The notes: generated by a model from the sequence alone, not told the origin. Counted from the stretch's first letter, positions 11,143 to 18,595 are shown. The stretch: 64,000 bases of DNA from a candidate division FCPU426 bacterium (GCA_963796105.1 CAWCKJ010000012.1:1-64000); one strand, 5' to 3'. A program made the numbers and translations.

Positions 11143-11206
11143 ATATAACCTCCACGGATGTATTTAAAGCCAACTTAAAAAACTCTTTCTTTTTTCGGTA
11201 TCCTGG

Positions 11207-11660
11207 GAACTGGGTTGCGGCCTCCTGGAACTGGGTTGGACCCCCGGGAACTGGGTTACCGCCACCCGGGAACTGGGTTGCGGCCCCCGAGAACTGGGTT
11301 ACGCCCCCTGGAACTGTGTTGCGGACACCTGGAACTGGGTTATGGGCTTCTGGAACTGGGTTACGACCTCCTGGGAACTGGGTTACGACCCTCAGGAACT
11401 GGGTTACAACCTCCTGGGAACTGGGTTGGACCCCCGGGAACTGGGTTACCGCCACCCGGGAACTGGGTTGTGGGCTTCTGGAACTGGGTTACCGCCTCCT
11501 GAAACTGGGTTGCGGCTCCCGGGAACTGGGTTACGGCTCCCGAGAACTGGGTTACAACCTCCTGGGAACTGGGTTATGGGCTTCTGGAACTGGGTTACGG
11601 CCCCCGAGAACTGGGTTACGACCTCCTGGGAACTGGGTTACGGCCCTCAGGAACTGGGTT
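11207..11660. repeat. Tandem array of 22 units: 10-bp core GAACTGGGTT plus 10-12-bp GC-rich variable linker (period 20-22 bp)
   Basis: Cores start at 11207, 11228, 11248, 11270, 11291, 11311, 11332, 11353, 11375, 11396, 11418, 11438, 11460, 11481, 11502, 11523, 11544, 11566, 11587, 11608, 11630, 11651; two cores carry a single mismatch. Confidence 0.97.
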
Positions 11661-11693
11661 GAGGGTTCTTTAATTTATTGGTAATCCTTAATA

Positions 11694-11721
11694 ATTCAAA
11701 ATTCAACATTCAAAATTTAAA
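11694..11721. repeat. Four tandem AT-rich heptamers (ATTCAAA ATTCAAC ATTCAAA ATTTAAA)
   Basis: Read directly between the ORF6N stop and the 21-bp array. Confidence 0.7.
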
Positions 11722-11737
11722 TTTCCCGTTCTTTGGG

Positions 11738-12277
11738 CTATCTGGTCCGGTATAGCGCCCTGGATTCCTCCAAATACCCGATCCTGCTTTTGGGCTTCTC
11801 GGGGACTTTCATCAGCTCCCTAATGGCGTCAAACACGGCCTGGATTTTGGCATCTTGATCCCCCACCTTCTTTTCCAAGGATTCCAATTTCCGCGCAAGA
11901 TCCTTATGAAGGGCTAATGTTTCCCTTAGACGAACGAAAGCGCGCATGATCTCCACATTCACCCTTACAGCTCTTTTGCTTCTTAAAACGCCAGACAGCA
12001 TAGCGACACCTTCTTGAGTAAAGGCCCAAGGTAGATAACGTCTCCCTCCATGAAAACTTGAGGTTCCAAATTGGAACCTCAAGTTGTGAATATCGACGGT
12101 AGTCAGCTGAAACATAAAGTCTGCTGGAAATCGCTCTTTATTGCGTTGAACCGCCTTATTTAGTTCTTTTGTTTTAACCCCATATAATTCCGCCAAGTCG
12201 CTATCCAGCATTACTTTTGAACCACGAATCAGAAAAATGTGTTTTGATACCGATTCTGATGAAATTATTTGTTTCAT
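11738..12277 (-). CDS. ORF6N (KilA-N-like) DNA-binding domain protein
   Basis: IRGSKVMLDSDLAELYGVKTKELNKAVQRNKERFPADFMFQL and PWAFTQEGVAMLSGVLRSKRAVRVNVEIMRAFV are diagnostic; C-terminal coiled coil and RIGY. Confidence 0.93.
   Translation of the reverse strand: MKQIISSESVSKHIFLIRGSKVMLDSDLAELYGVKTKELNKAVQRNKERFPADFMFQLTTVDIHNLRFQFGTSSFHGGRRYLPWAFTQEGVAMLSGVLRSKRAVRVNVEIMRAFVRLRETLALHKDLARKLESLEKKVGDQDAKIQAVFDAIRELMKVPEKPKSRIGYLEESRALYRTR
12055..12085. repeat. Perfect 31-bp palindrome inside the ORF6N gene, encoding NLRFQFGTSS
   Basis: AACTTGAGGTTCCAA-A-TTGGAACCTCAAGTT (15-bp arms). Confidence 0.95.
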
Positions 12278-12308
12278 TACGTATAACCCATGCTTTCTTT
12301 GCGTTTAC

Positions 12309-12392
12309 GATGCGGTCACAGATTGTGACCGGATCCCTGGTTTAAGGTCACAGATTGTGACCTCAACTTGAAGTGCCAAATTGGCACTTCAA
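12309..12392. repeat. Three 25-27-bp palindromes in the ORF6N 5' leader, variants of the in-gene palindrome
   Basis: 12309-12335 GATGCGGTCACAGATTGTGACCGGATC; 12342-12366 TTAAGGTCACAGATTGTGACCTCAA; 12368-12392 TTGAAGTGCCAAATTGGCACTTCAA. Confidence 0.93.
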
Positions 12393-12430
12393 AATCACGA
12401 ACCCCTTTAAGAATCATACGGAATGTGGAT

Positions 12431-12460
12431 ATTTTAAAAGCGGGATTTAGGGGGGGTCTA
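12431..12460 (-). promoter_or_regulatory. Putative sigma70-like promoter upstream of the palindromes and ORF6N (copy 1 of a dispersed repeat)
   Basis: Minus strand TAGACC-N18-TAAAAT; homologous copies near 12659 and 18386. Confidence 0.4.
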
Positions 12461-12658
12461 TAAAAAAAAGGCTTTTTGGAGGGAAAAAGGTTTCCTAGGC
12501 CAAAATTTCAAACCGAAAAAGTGTTGTAAAAAGGGTAATCAAATCGGGTTGGCTGAAAGAATGGAGAATTCGGAGACGGAAAATCTCAGGAGGCTAAAGT
12601 GATGAATGTTCCCTACGCCAAGCTGGGGGCTTGGTGTTTGACCCCTATGTTCCTTTGT

Positions 12659-12770
12659 ATTTTAAAATCGGGATTTAGCGGGGTTCTACAAAAAAAACCT
12701 TAAAATTTGGTAAAAGTTTGCCCAGACAACCAGCTTCAATTCTTGGTTTTGAAAGGCCTGGGGAAACCCC
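12659..12770. repeat. Dispersed degenerate repeat, copy 2
   Basis: ATTTTAAAATCGGGATTTAG...AAAAAAACCTTAAAATTTGGTAAAAGTTTG...TGAAAGGCCTGGGGAAACCC; matches 18386-18490 and, in its first part, 12431-12470. Confidence 0.75.
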
Positions 12771-12793
12771 GATTTTTAACCGTAGAGCACCGT

Positions 12794-14566
12794 TCAAACG
12801 TCGCTGATGGCCTGCCGGCCTTGGGAATGGTAAAGCTTATACTCATTGGCGAGTTCGCCGTAGGCCCATAAAATCCTTTCGCGCGACAACAGGCCGATCA
12901 GCTTCCTTTTGTCTTTGGGGTCCACCACCGGAATCTTCCGGAAGGATATATCCTTGTAGGTCTCCAGGACCGAACGCAGGGTCTGTCCCGGGAAACAGGT
13001 GACCAAATCACGCGACATGATGTCTCCCACCGTCTTATCGCCGGCCTTACCCGCGGTCAGCGCGTTGGACATGTCCTTTTCAGATACGATCCCCACCAGG
13101 AATCCCTCCCCGTCCAACACCGGGAAACTTCGGATTTCCGAGCGGTACATCCGCTCCGCGAAATCGGAAATTTTGTCGTCCTTCCGCGCCGTTTGCGGAC
13201 CGGTAGTCATGGCGTCCACGACGAGGATTTGGTCTAGGACGCCCGTAGGCATCTTGTCGGGCTCGAGCCCTCCCCTTCGGCGCAATTTGATGAAGTAGAT
13301 GGAATCCGGGGCCAGGGTGGAGGAAAACAGGTAGCTCACGACGGCCGCCAGCATGAGCGGCAGGATAACGCGGTAGTCGTTGGTCATCTCGAAAAGGATG
13401 ACGATGGCCGTGATGGGGGCGTGCGCGGCTCCCGCGAACAGGGCGGCCATGCCCACCAGGGAATAGGCCCCCGGGGGCGCGCAGACGCCGGGAAACAGGC
13501 GGTTGACGGTGTCGCCGAACGCCCCGCCCGCCATGGCGCCGATGAAAAGCGAGGGGGCGAAAATGCCCCCGGAGCCCCCGGCCCCGAGCGTGAGGGAGGT
13601 GGCCAGTATCTTCATGGCGACCAAAAGAAAAAGCATTTTGACGGCTATGCCCCCGTGCAGGGCGCTGTCGATCCCGTCGTAACCGACCCCAAAAAGGAAG
13701 CGGCTTCCGAAGTATCCCAGGAGGCCCACGGCCAGCCCCCCCAAAGCCGCCTTGAGGAGCCGGTGGCCTGGCATCTTCTCAAAACGGTCCTCGAAGAAAT
13801 AAACGCTCTTCACGAAAACGATGGAAAGTCCCCCCAGGAGCAGGCCCATCAGCAAATAAAGCGGCAGTTCCAGGGCGCTCTTCAATTGGAACACCTCGGC
13901 CAGTTGGAAGGAGGGAGTGTCCCCCATGATGGCCCGCCGGATGGCGGTGGCGGTAATGGAGGAAACCACGATGAACCCGAACGCCCTTCCGCTGAAGTTT
14001 CCCAGCACGACTTCCAGTGAGAAAATGACCCCGGCGATGGGGGCGTTGAAGGTACTGCTGATTCCGGCCGCTGCCCCGCAGGCCACCAGCAGGCGGACCA
14101 GTTCCGTGGGCAGGCGCCCAAGCTGTCCCAGGATGCTTCCCAGGGTCGCGCCGATCTGGACAATCGGCCCCTCCCGGCCCACGGAACCTCCCGTTCCGAT
14201 GCAAAGGGCGCTGGCCATGGTCTTCACGAATGCCACCCTCGGGCGGATCTTCCCCCCCTCCTTGCGCACGGCGTACTGGACCTCCGGCACCCCGTGGCCC
14301 TTGGCCTCAATGGCCCAACGGTTGACGATATAAGCCACTAGCGTGATCCCAAAAACCGGTACGAAAATCACGTACCAATCCCCCCAAGCGCCTGCCAGGG
14401 TCTTGAACCGCTCGAAGAAAACCCACCTTGTTCCGTCGATCAAGTAACGGAACGCGACGGCGCCAAGACCCCCTAAAACCCCCACGGCCAGCACGAAGGA
14501 GCCGATTTTAAGGTCGTCGGAACTTTTGAGGCGGTTGATTTCGTCTTTGAATCGGGATTTGAACAT
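12794..14566 (-). CDS. ClC-family chloride/proton antiporter with tandem CBS domains
   Basis: GHGVP, GREGP (gating Glu), GGIFAP and FNAPIAG motifs; two C-terminal CBS domains. Confidence 0.93.
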   Translation of the reverse strand: MFKSRFKDEINRLKSSDDLKIGSFVLAVGVLGGLGAVAFRYLIDGTRWVFFERFKTLAGAWGDWYVIFVPVFGITLVAYIVNRWAIEAKGHGVPEVQYAVRKEGGKIRPRVAFVKTMASALCIGTGGSVGREGPIVQIGATLGSILGQLGRLPTELVRLLVACGAAAGISSTFNAPIAGVIFSLEVVLGNFSGRAFGFIVVSSITATAIRRAIMGDTPSFQLAEVFQLKSALELPLYLLMGLLLGGLSIVFVKSVYFFEDRFEKMPGHRLLKAALGGLAVGLLGYFGSRFLFGVGYDGIDSALHGGIAVKMLFLLVAMKILATSLTLGAGGSGGIFAPSLFIGAMAGGAFGDTVNRLFPGVCAPPGAYSLVGMAALFAGAAHAPITAIVILFEMTNDYRVILPLMLAAVVSYLFSSTLAPDSIYFIKLRRRGGLEPDKMPTGVLDQILVVDAMTTGPQTARKDDKISDFAERMYRSEIRSFPVLDGEGFLVGIVSEKDMSNALTAGKAGDKTVGDIMSRDLVTCFPGQTLRSVLETYKDISFRKIPVVDPKDKRKLIGLLSRERILWAYGELANEYKLYHSQGRQAISDV

Positions 14567-14689
14567 GGACGTTAAGATACACTAACCTTCCTTAATATAG
14601 AATATCCTTGGAACAGAAAAGTCTTATTCAAAACTCATAACGGCCAATTTCCCAAAATTATTTTCTTAAACGCGCCCGATCTCAAAAGC

Positions 14690-15031
14690 CTAGGCGGTGT
14701 TCTTTAAGAGGCTTTTCGAGTCCAAGAGATCCTTCCGAATCAGGGAAAGTTTTTCCATCAAGGCTTGGTCCTGGTCCAAGCATGCCTGGATTTTGCCAAT
14801 AAGTTGGAGGGTCTCTTTCCGCAGGATTTCCTCCCGCCGCAGGATCAAGTGAAGACTCCGGATGTCAGGCCCGACCGGAAGGGTGAGGGTCAATGGGACG
14901 CCTGCCCTCGAGGACAGGATTTCCGACAAAATGCGGAAATGACGCCGGGCGATTCCCAAGAGGGGCCATACCTCCTCTGAGGAGATGTCCTCCGAGGTGG
15001 CCGGCTCAGCCGCTCCAGCGAGAAGCATCAC
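14690..15031 (-). CDS. Hypothetical helical protein
   Basis: 113 aa; 4-nt overlap with the upstream ORF; no recognised motif. Confidence 0.45.
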   Translation of the reverse strand: MMLLAGAAEPATSEDISSEEVWPLLGIARRHFRILSEILSSRAGVPLTLTLPVGPDIRSLHLILRREEILRKETLQLIGKIQACLDQDQALMEKLSLIRKDLLDSKSLLKNTA

Positions 15032-15279
15032 TCGTTCATGGGTAATTTCAAGCGCCTTAAAAAGCAGACCCGTTCTCTTGAGGGTGGTCTTATTGTAATC
15101 CCCCTTGTTGACCAGTTTTCAAGGGTTTGGGCTTTCTCCGCGCATTGATTGAACAGGTCATGGGCCGCCTGGACGCTTCTGGTGCCGGGGCGGAAGACCC
15201 GACCCGCGAGATTTTGGAACCCCCTATTCAAGCGCTCCAATTCGCCTGTGATCTGATTGAGTGATACGTAAAAATCCAT
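15028..15279 (-). CDS. Hypothetical protein (83 aa, MDFYVSLNQ...)
   Basis: GAAAGGAG RBS before ATG 15279; the longer track ORF overlaps the upstream gene. Confidence 0.5.
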   Translation of the reverse strand: MDFYVSLNQITGELERLNRGFQNLAGRVFRPGTRSVQAAHDLFNQCAEKAQTLENWSTRGITIRPPSRERVCFLRRLKLPMNE

Positions 15280-15293
15280 AATCAAGCTCCTTT

Positions 15294-15788
15294 CTAATTT
15301 GAGGATAAAACAATATTTCCAGACGGCATGCTTCTGTTCGCGGAAGCCTCCTTCAATTGAATCGCCTCCAAAATCCCCAACTGCCTTTGGGTGAGGATTT
15401 TCTTGTCCAATTCCAATTGAAATATAATGTTTTCCTCCGCTTTTTCCCCTTTCAATTGCCAGATTTTCCCGCACAAGAAGTCCAAGCGGTCCATGTCTGG
15501 GGACGGCTTCCCGTACTCCTTTTTCAGTTCCTGTTGTTGAACCCCGAGCTGGACGTTGATTCCGGCGATTTTCCTCCGGGCCGCGGCCCTTCCCCGGCGG
15601 ATGAACTCATACTGGCTTTTGGTTAAATTCAACCTCCCCAGCATCCCCTCTTTCGGATAAGGGTGGATGATGTTTTGAATACCTTTCAGGTCAGGTATTG
15701 CCAGTGGATGGAACAGGCAAACCCATGCCAGGAAAAGGACGGGCCCCAGGTAAAAAAACCATTTCGCGATTGATTCAATTGTTTTCAT
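15294..15788 (-). CDS. Spy/CpxP-like (heavy-metal-resistance family) periplasmic helical protein with N-terminal TM
   Basis: LNLTKSQ and ILTQRQ (LTxxQ motifs), PDMDRLD; start probably MKTIES at 15788. Confidence 0.7.
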   Translation of the reverse strand: MKTIESIAKWFFYLGPVLFLAWVCLFHPLAIPDLKGIQNIIHPYPKEGMLGRLNLTKSQYEFIRRGRAAARRKIAGINVQLGVQQQELKKEYGKPSPDMDRLDFLCGKIWQLKGEKAEENIIFQLELDKKILTQRQLGILEAIQLKEASANRSMPSGNIVLSSN

Positions 15789-15860
15789 TTTATTCCCCCA
15801 GTCTTCGGGTTTAACTCCAAGGCCGTTTCTCTTTGAACCCACATATATCCAAGCCGTCCA

Positions 15861-16049
15861 TTAAGCCTGGTTCGATTTGGCTTGGGGCTGGCCGGTCAAA
15901 TCAGGGGATAAAAAGCCCCTGTTTCCCCGATCCAGCATGAAACAATCGGCGCAATCGCTGATATGGTCCTGGACGCGCGCAATGAGATTGGGCTCCAACT
16001 GGCCCGATAGGTATTTCTCATACAGGTTTTGGACTTCCTGGCAATCCAT
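15861..16049 (-). CDS. Stand-alone zf-HC2 (anti-sigma-type zinc finger) protein
   Basis: MDCQEV...YLSGQL...HISDCADC (HxxxCxxC); AAAGGA RBS. Confidence 0.75.
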   Translation of the reverse strand: MDCQEVQNLYEKYLSGQLEPNLIARVQDHISDCADCFMLDRGNRGFLSPDLTGQPQAKSNQA

Positions 16050-16156
16050 GAAAATTCCTTTGAAAGATTTTTAATCTTCCTCAAACCCGCCGGGAAATCG
16101 GCGGAGGCCGAATCCCCGGCGGGTTCCCCGGGATGTCCCGGGACCCGGACAACTTT

Positions 16157-16345
16157 TTATTTGGGAGTAGGCGTGGAAGTGGTTCTCATGGCCTTCTTCC
16201 CTTTCTTCATTTTTTTATGAGCCTTCTTGTGCTTCATGGTCTTGGCAACCGGCGTCTTGACGGGCGCGGCGACATCCGCGAACGCGGGTGCCGATACCAC
16301 CGCCAGGAAAAACACAGCCGCCAATGAAGCGATTAACTTTTTCAT
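16157..16345 (-). CDS. Small secreted Lys/His-rich peptide (Asr-like composition)
   Basis: AAAAGGAG RBS; signal peptide ending AFA; mature part KTMKHKKAHKKMKKGKK. Confidence 0.75.
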   Translation of the reverse strand: MKKLIASLAAVFFLAVVSAPAFADVAAPVKTPVAKTMKHKKAHKKMKKGKKAMRTTSTPTPK

Positions 16346-16531
16346 AACTTTCTCCTTTTATTCCTAAAATAAACGGCAAGGTTGCCCGTCCTTTTCGAGA
16401 GCGGGTCCAAACCCCGTTTCAGGTTGCCGTTTCCAATTCCCACGGTCCTAAGACCTGGGTTGGATAAATCGCCCGGCCGTTGAGGGCCGGGCTGAGCCCG
16501 GTGCTCCCTCCGAGCCGGGAAATCAAAGTAT

Positions 16532-17077
16532 TCATTGGGACTTGTATATACTCACCTGTTCCTCCAGAAACTCAGCTAAGCGCTCAAAGGTGCCGTCAAA
16601 ATCGCCCATCATTCCCCCTATACCGTCCTCAAACGCCTTTCGTTCGCCTGGGTTCGCACGCAAGGGGCCCGCCTTTAAGGCCATTCCTGTTTTTCCCCCG
16701 AAATCCAGGAACGTCAGTCGGTTCAGGATTTCCAGGGGCCACTCCGGATGAAGAGGATGCCGGCTAACCCGGCCTTTCTCATCCAAAAAAGAACTGATGA
16801 AAATGATCTTTTCGGGAGCGAGGACTTCCTTGAACAGGTGTTTTCCCCACCAAGTATCAAATCGGTTTGCGCGTCTCAGTCCGTAAATAAAGGAACCGCC
16901 CGGCCGCGGGTTCAAGCTGGCGTTCATCAAGGTGGACCCGATGGGGCCCCACCATTTATCCAGTTGTTCCAGTTCAGTCCATGCCCTGAATACCGCTAGC
17001 CGGGGCGCCGCAAAAACGCGCCTGATGATGAATTCACGGTCCCGGACTATCAAATTTCCCGTGTTTATTCCAATCAT
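16532..17077 (-). CDS. SRPBCC / AHSA1-like (activator of Hsp90 ATPase homolog) domain protein
   Basis: IRRVFAAPRLAVFRAWTELEQLDKWWGP...PGGSF...FKEVLAPEKI. Confidence 0.88.
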   Translation of the reverse strand: MIGINTGNLIVRDREFIIRRVFAAPRLAVFRAWTELEQLDKWWGPIGSTLMNASLNPRPGGSFIYGLRRANRFDTWWGKHLFKEVLAPEKIIFISSFLDEKGRVSRHPLHPEWPLEILNRLTFLDFGGKTGMALKAGPLRANPGERKAFEDGIGGMMGDFDGTFERLAEFLEEQVSIYKSQ

Positions 17078-17080
17078 GTT

Positions 17081-17398
17081 TCACCTCGTTCCAATGGCAG
17101 TGGGTCCTGGGCGAACCCCTGGACCGTTGATATTTTCCAGGAGACCTTCCTCCAGGTATTTCCGGATGGCCTCCAAAGCCTCAAGGGCGTCCGCGCCGTC
17201 GATATAAACGGCCAGTTCGGTACCTTCACGGGCCTCTAATGTCAAAAGGCCCAACAAGCTCCTGCCATCGACCCGCGCGTCCCCCTTTTGGACCTTGATC
17301 CTGCAATGAAACTTCTGGATGACCTTGATTAAATTTGCGGCGTCTCGCAAATGAAGTCCTAAGGAACGCTGGACTTTAACTATTTTGAATAATTTCAT
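17081..17398 (-). CDS. HPr-family phosphocarrier protein
   Basis: GLHLRDAA (His15/Arg17 equivalent) and VDGRSLLGLLTL (Ser46 equivalent); GAAAGGAG RBS. Confidence 0.85.
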   Translation of the reverse strand: MKLFKIVKVQRSLGLHLRDAANLIKVIQKFHCRIKVQKGDARVDGRSLLGLLTLEAREGTELAVYIDGADALEALEAIRKYLEEGLLENINGPGVRPGPTAIGTR

Positions 17399-17497
17399 GG
17401 AAACTCCTTTCGTGATTTGATTTCGGGCGTGGATGGGACGCGCGAATACCCGCCGGGTTGAAACAGGACCCAGCCGGGAACTACACGGAAGAAATTT

Positions 17498-17824
17498 TCA
17501 GATTCGGAGGATGAGGAAACTCTGCGGGGATGAATTGCCGGGGGCAAATACCAGGCTTATACGGCTGTCCGAGAACGAAGGGGCCTTCGCCTTGGTGATA
17601 CATGGAACCAAAACCACGGAATCCGGGGCCTCCCGCGCGATATGACGCAGGGTAGTATGGGGAACAGAAATTTCCTCATTCTGGTGGGAAAAAGAACCGA
17701 TTTCGTCCTGCAAATTTTGGTAAGAAGAGCTGTTGTGGACGCAAACCACGACTGGCCGCAGGATGAAAGCTGGCAGTAAAACCATTATGAATAACCGGAT
17801 AAGGATGTTCATTTTATTAACCAT
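17498..17824 (-). CDS. Hypothetical leader-like protein (N-terminal hydrophobic helix, C-terminal Pro-containing ..LILRI)
   Basis: Architecture resembles DUF2946-like leader ORFs; judged by eye only. Confidence 0.45.
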   Translation of the reverse strand: MVNKMNILIRLFIMVLLPAFILRPVVVCVHNSSSYQNLQDEIGSFSHQNEEISVPHTTLRHIAREAPDSVVLVPCITKAKAPSFSDSRISLVFAPGNSSPQSFLILRI

Positions 17825-18086
17825 GAAACCATGCCTGATTTAAGGTTGTAAATCCCATCTATGCTATTCCTTCTTTTATTTGGAAATCAATACCACTCAA
17901 ATATCGGTTAATCGGGGTAAATTCCCCATATTTTTTAGACGACAGAATAAGGTAAAAAGTTTCGTCTTCAATGAACAGATCAATTCCTCGCATTATTTTG
18001 TTCCCGGCCTTAAAACAAAAAAGCCCGCAGGGCAGGGCTGGCAAAAATTTTAAGGGAATATTTAAGCTTATCTTCTAAGAAAACCA

Positions 18087-18275
18087 TCAATCCCGGTGCT
18101 GGGCTCGCTTTTCAAAAGTCACAGCCAACCCATGCCGCGGACCGCCAATCGGATGCGCCGGTTCCCCGCGTTTCCCCGCGAGCGATACATTCGAGCGCAA
18201 GCCAAAAGCAGATAGAACCTTCGCCAAGCTGTCGTATTTGGGGTTCCCTTTTTTCGTCATGATCTTGTATAGGAG
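18087..18275 (-). pseudogene. 5'-truncated HTH addiction-module antidote (HI1420/HigA-like) remnant
   Basis: Manual translation LLYKIMTKKGNPKYDSLAKVLSAFGLR resembles the LY..LS..GNP...TL.KV..ALGL.L family motif; an in-frame TGA and a repeat array lie where the N-terminus should be. Confidence 0.6.
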
Positions 18276-18369
18276 TCCCGAAAATGTTCATAGGCGCCGA
18301 CCCCATGACCATAGGCGGACGGACCTAAAGCCCCTCATGTTCATAGGCGCCCGGTAAAATGACCATAGG
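18263..18369. repeat. Short array of ATG(TT/AC)CATAGG units
   Basis: Copies at 18284, 18305, 18337, 18359 plus a degenerate copy ending at 18273; spacings 21, 21, 32, 22. Confidence 0.8.
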
Positions 18370-18385
18370 GAGCCGGTAAGTTAGA

Positions 18386-18490
18386 ATTTTAAAACCGAGA
18401 ATATTGAGAGAGCTATCAAAAAAACCTTAAAAATTGGTAAAAGTTTGACCCATATTGAAAACCCGGGCTGAAAAGCCTGGGAAACCCTTA
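18386..18490. repeat. Dispersed degenerate repeat, copy 3
   Basis: ATTTTAAAACCGAGA...AAAAAAACCTTAAAAATTGGTAAAAGTTTG...TGAAAAGCCTGGGAAACCC. Confidence 0.75.
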
Positions 18491-18595
18491 ATTTATATAT
18501 TTTTTAACAAGGCCCATTTCATTCGGAGAAAAAACCGGTTCTGGATATAATGCGCCCTAGTTTTCTGCATCTCATTCCAATAAAAAGGTTAGGAA

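Noticed and set aside
11207..11660. CRISPR array interpretation of the 22-unit repeat
   Set aside because: The repeat is only 10 bp, spacers are 10-12 bp, mutually similar and reused, and no cas genes are in the window.
11135..11684. ORFs translated from the repeat array on both strands
   Set aside because: Unit lengths of 20/21/22 bp cycle through frames, and several overlapping low-complexity ORFs arise simply because the repeat lacks stops.
11738..12400. Diversity-generating retroelement or prophage explanation for the ORF6N locus
   Set aside because: No reverse transcriptase, no long template/variable repeat pair with adenine-specific differences, and no phage structural or integrase genes in the window.
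14566..14700. Fluoride riboswitch / CLC-F exporter
   Set aside because: No fluoride riboswitch consensus upstream, and the protein has GHGVP/GREGP rather than CLC-F-type motifs.
15280..15474. N-terminal extension of track ORF 15028..15474
   Set aside because: It overlaps the Spy-like gene in another frame; a strong SD supports ATG 15279 instead.
16350..16450. c-di-GMP-I riboswitch
   Set aside because: GGCAAC and GAAA are present, but the GGCAAAC...GGACGCAAAGC consensus and second stem are not.
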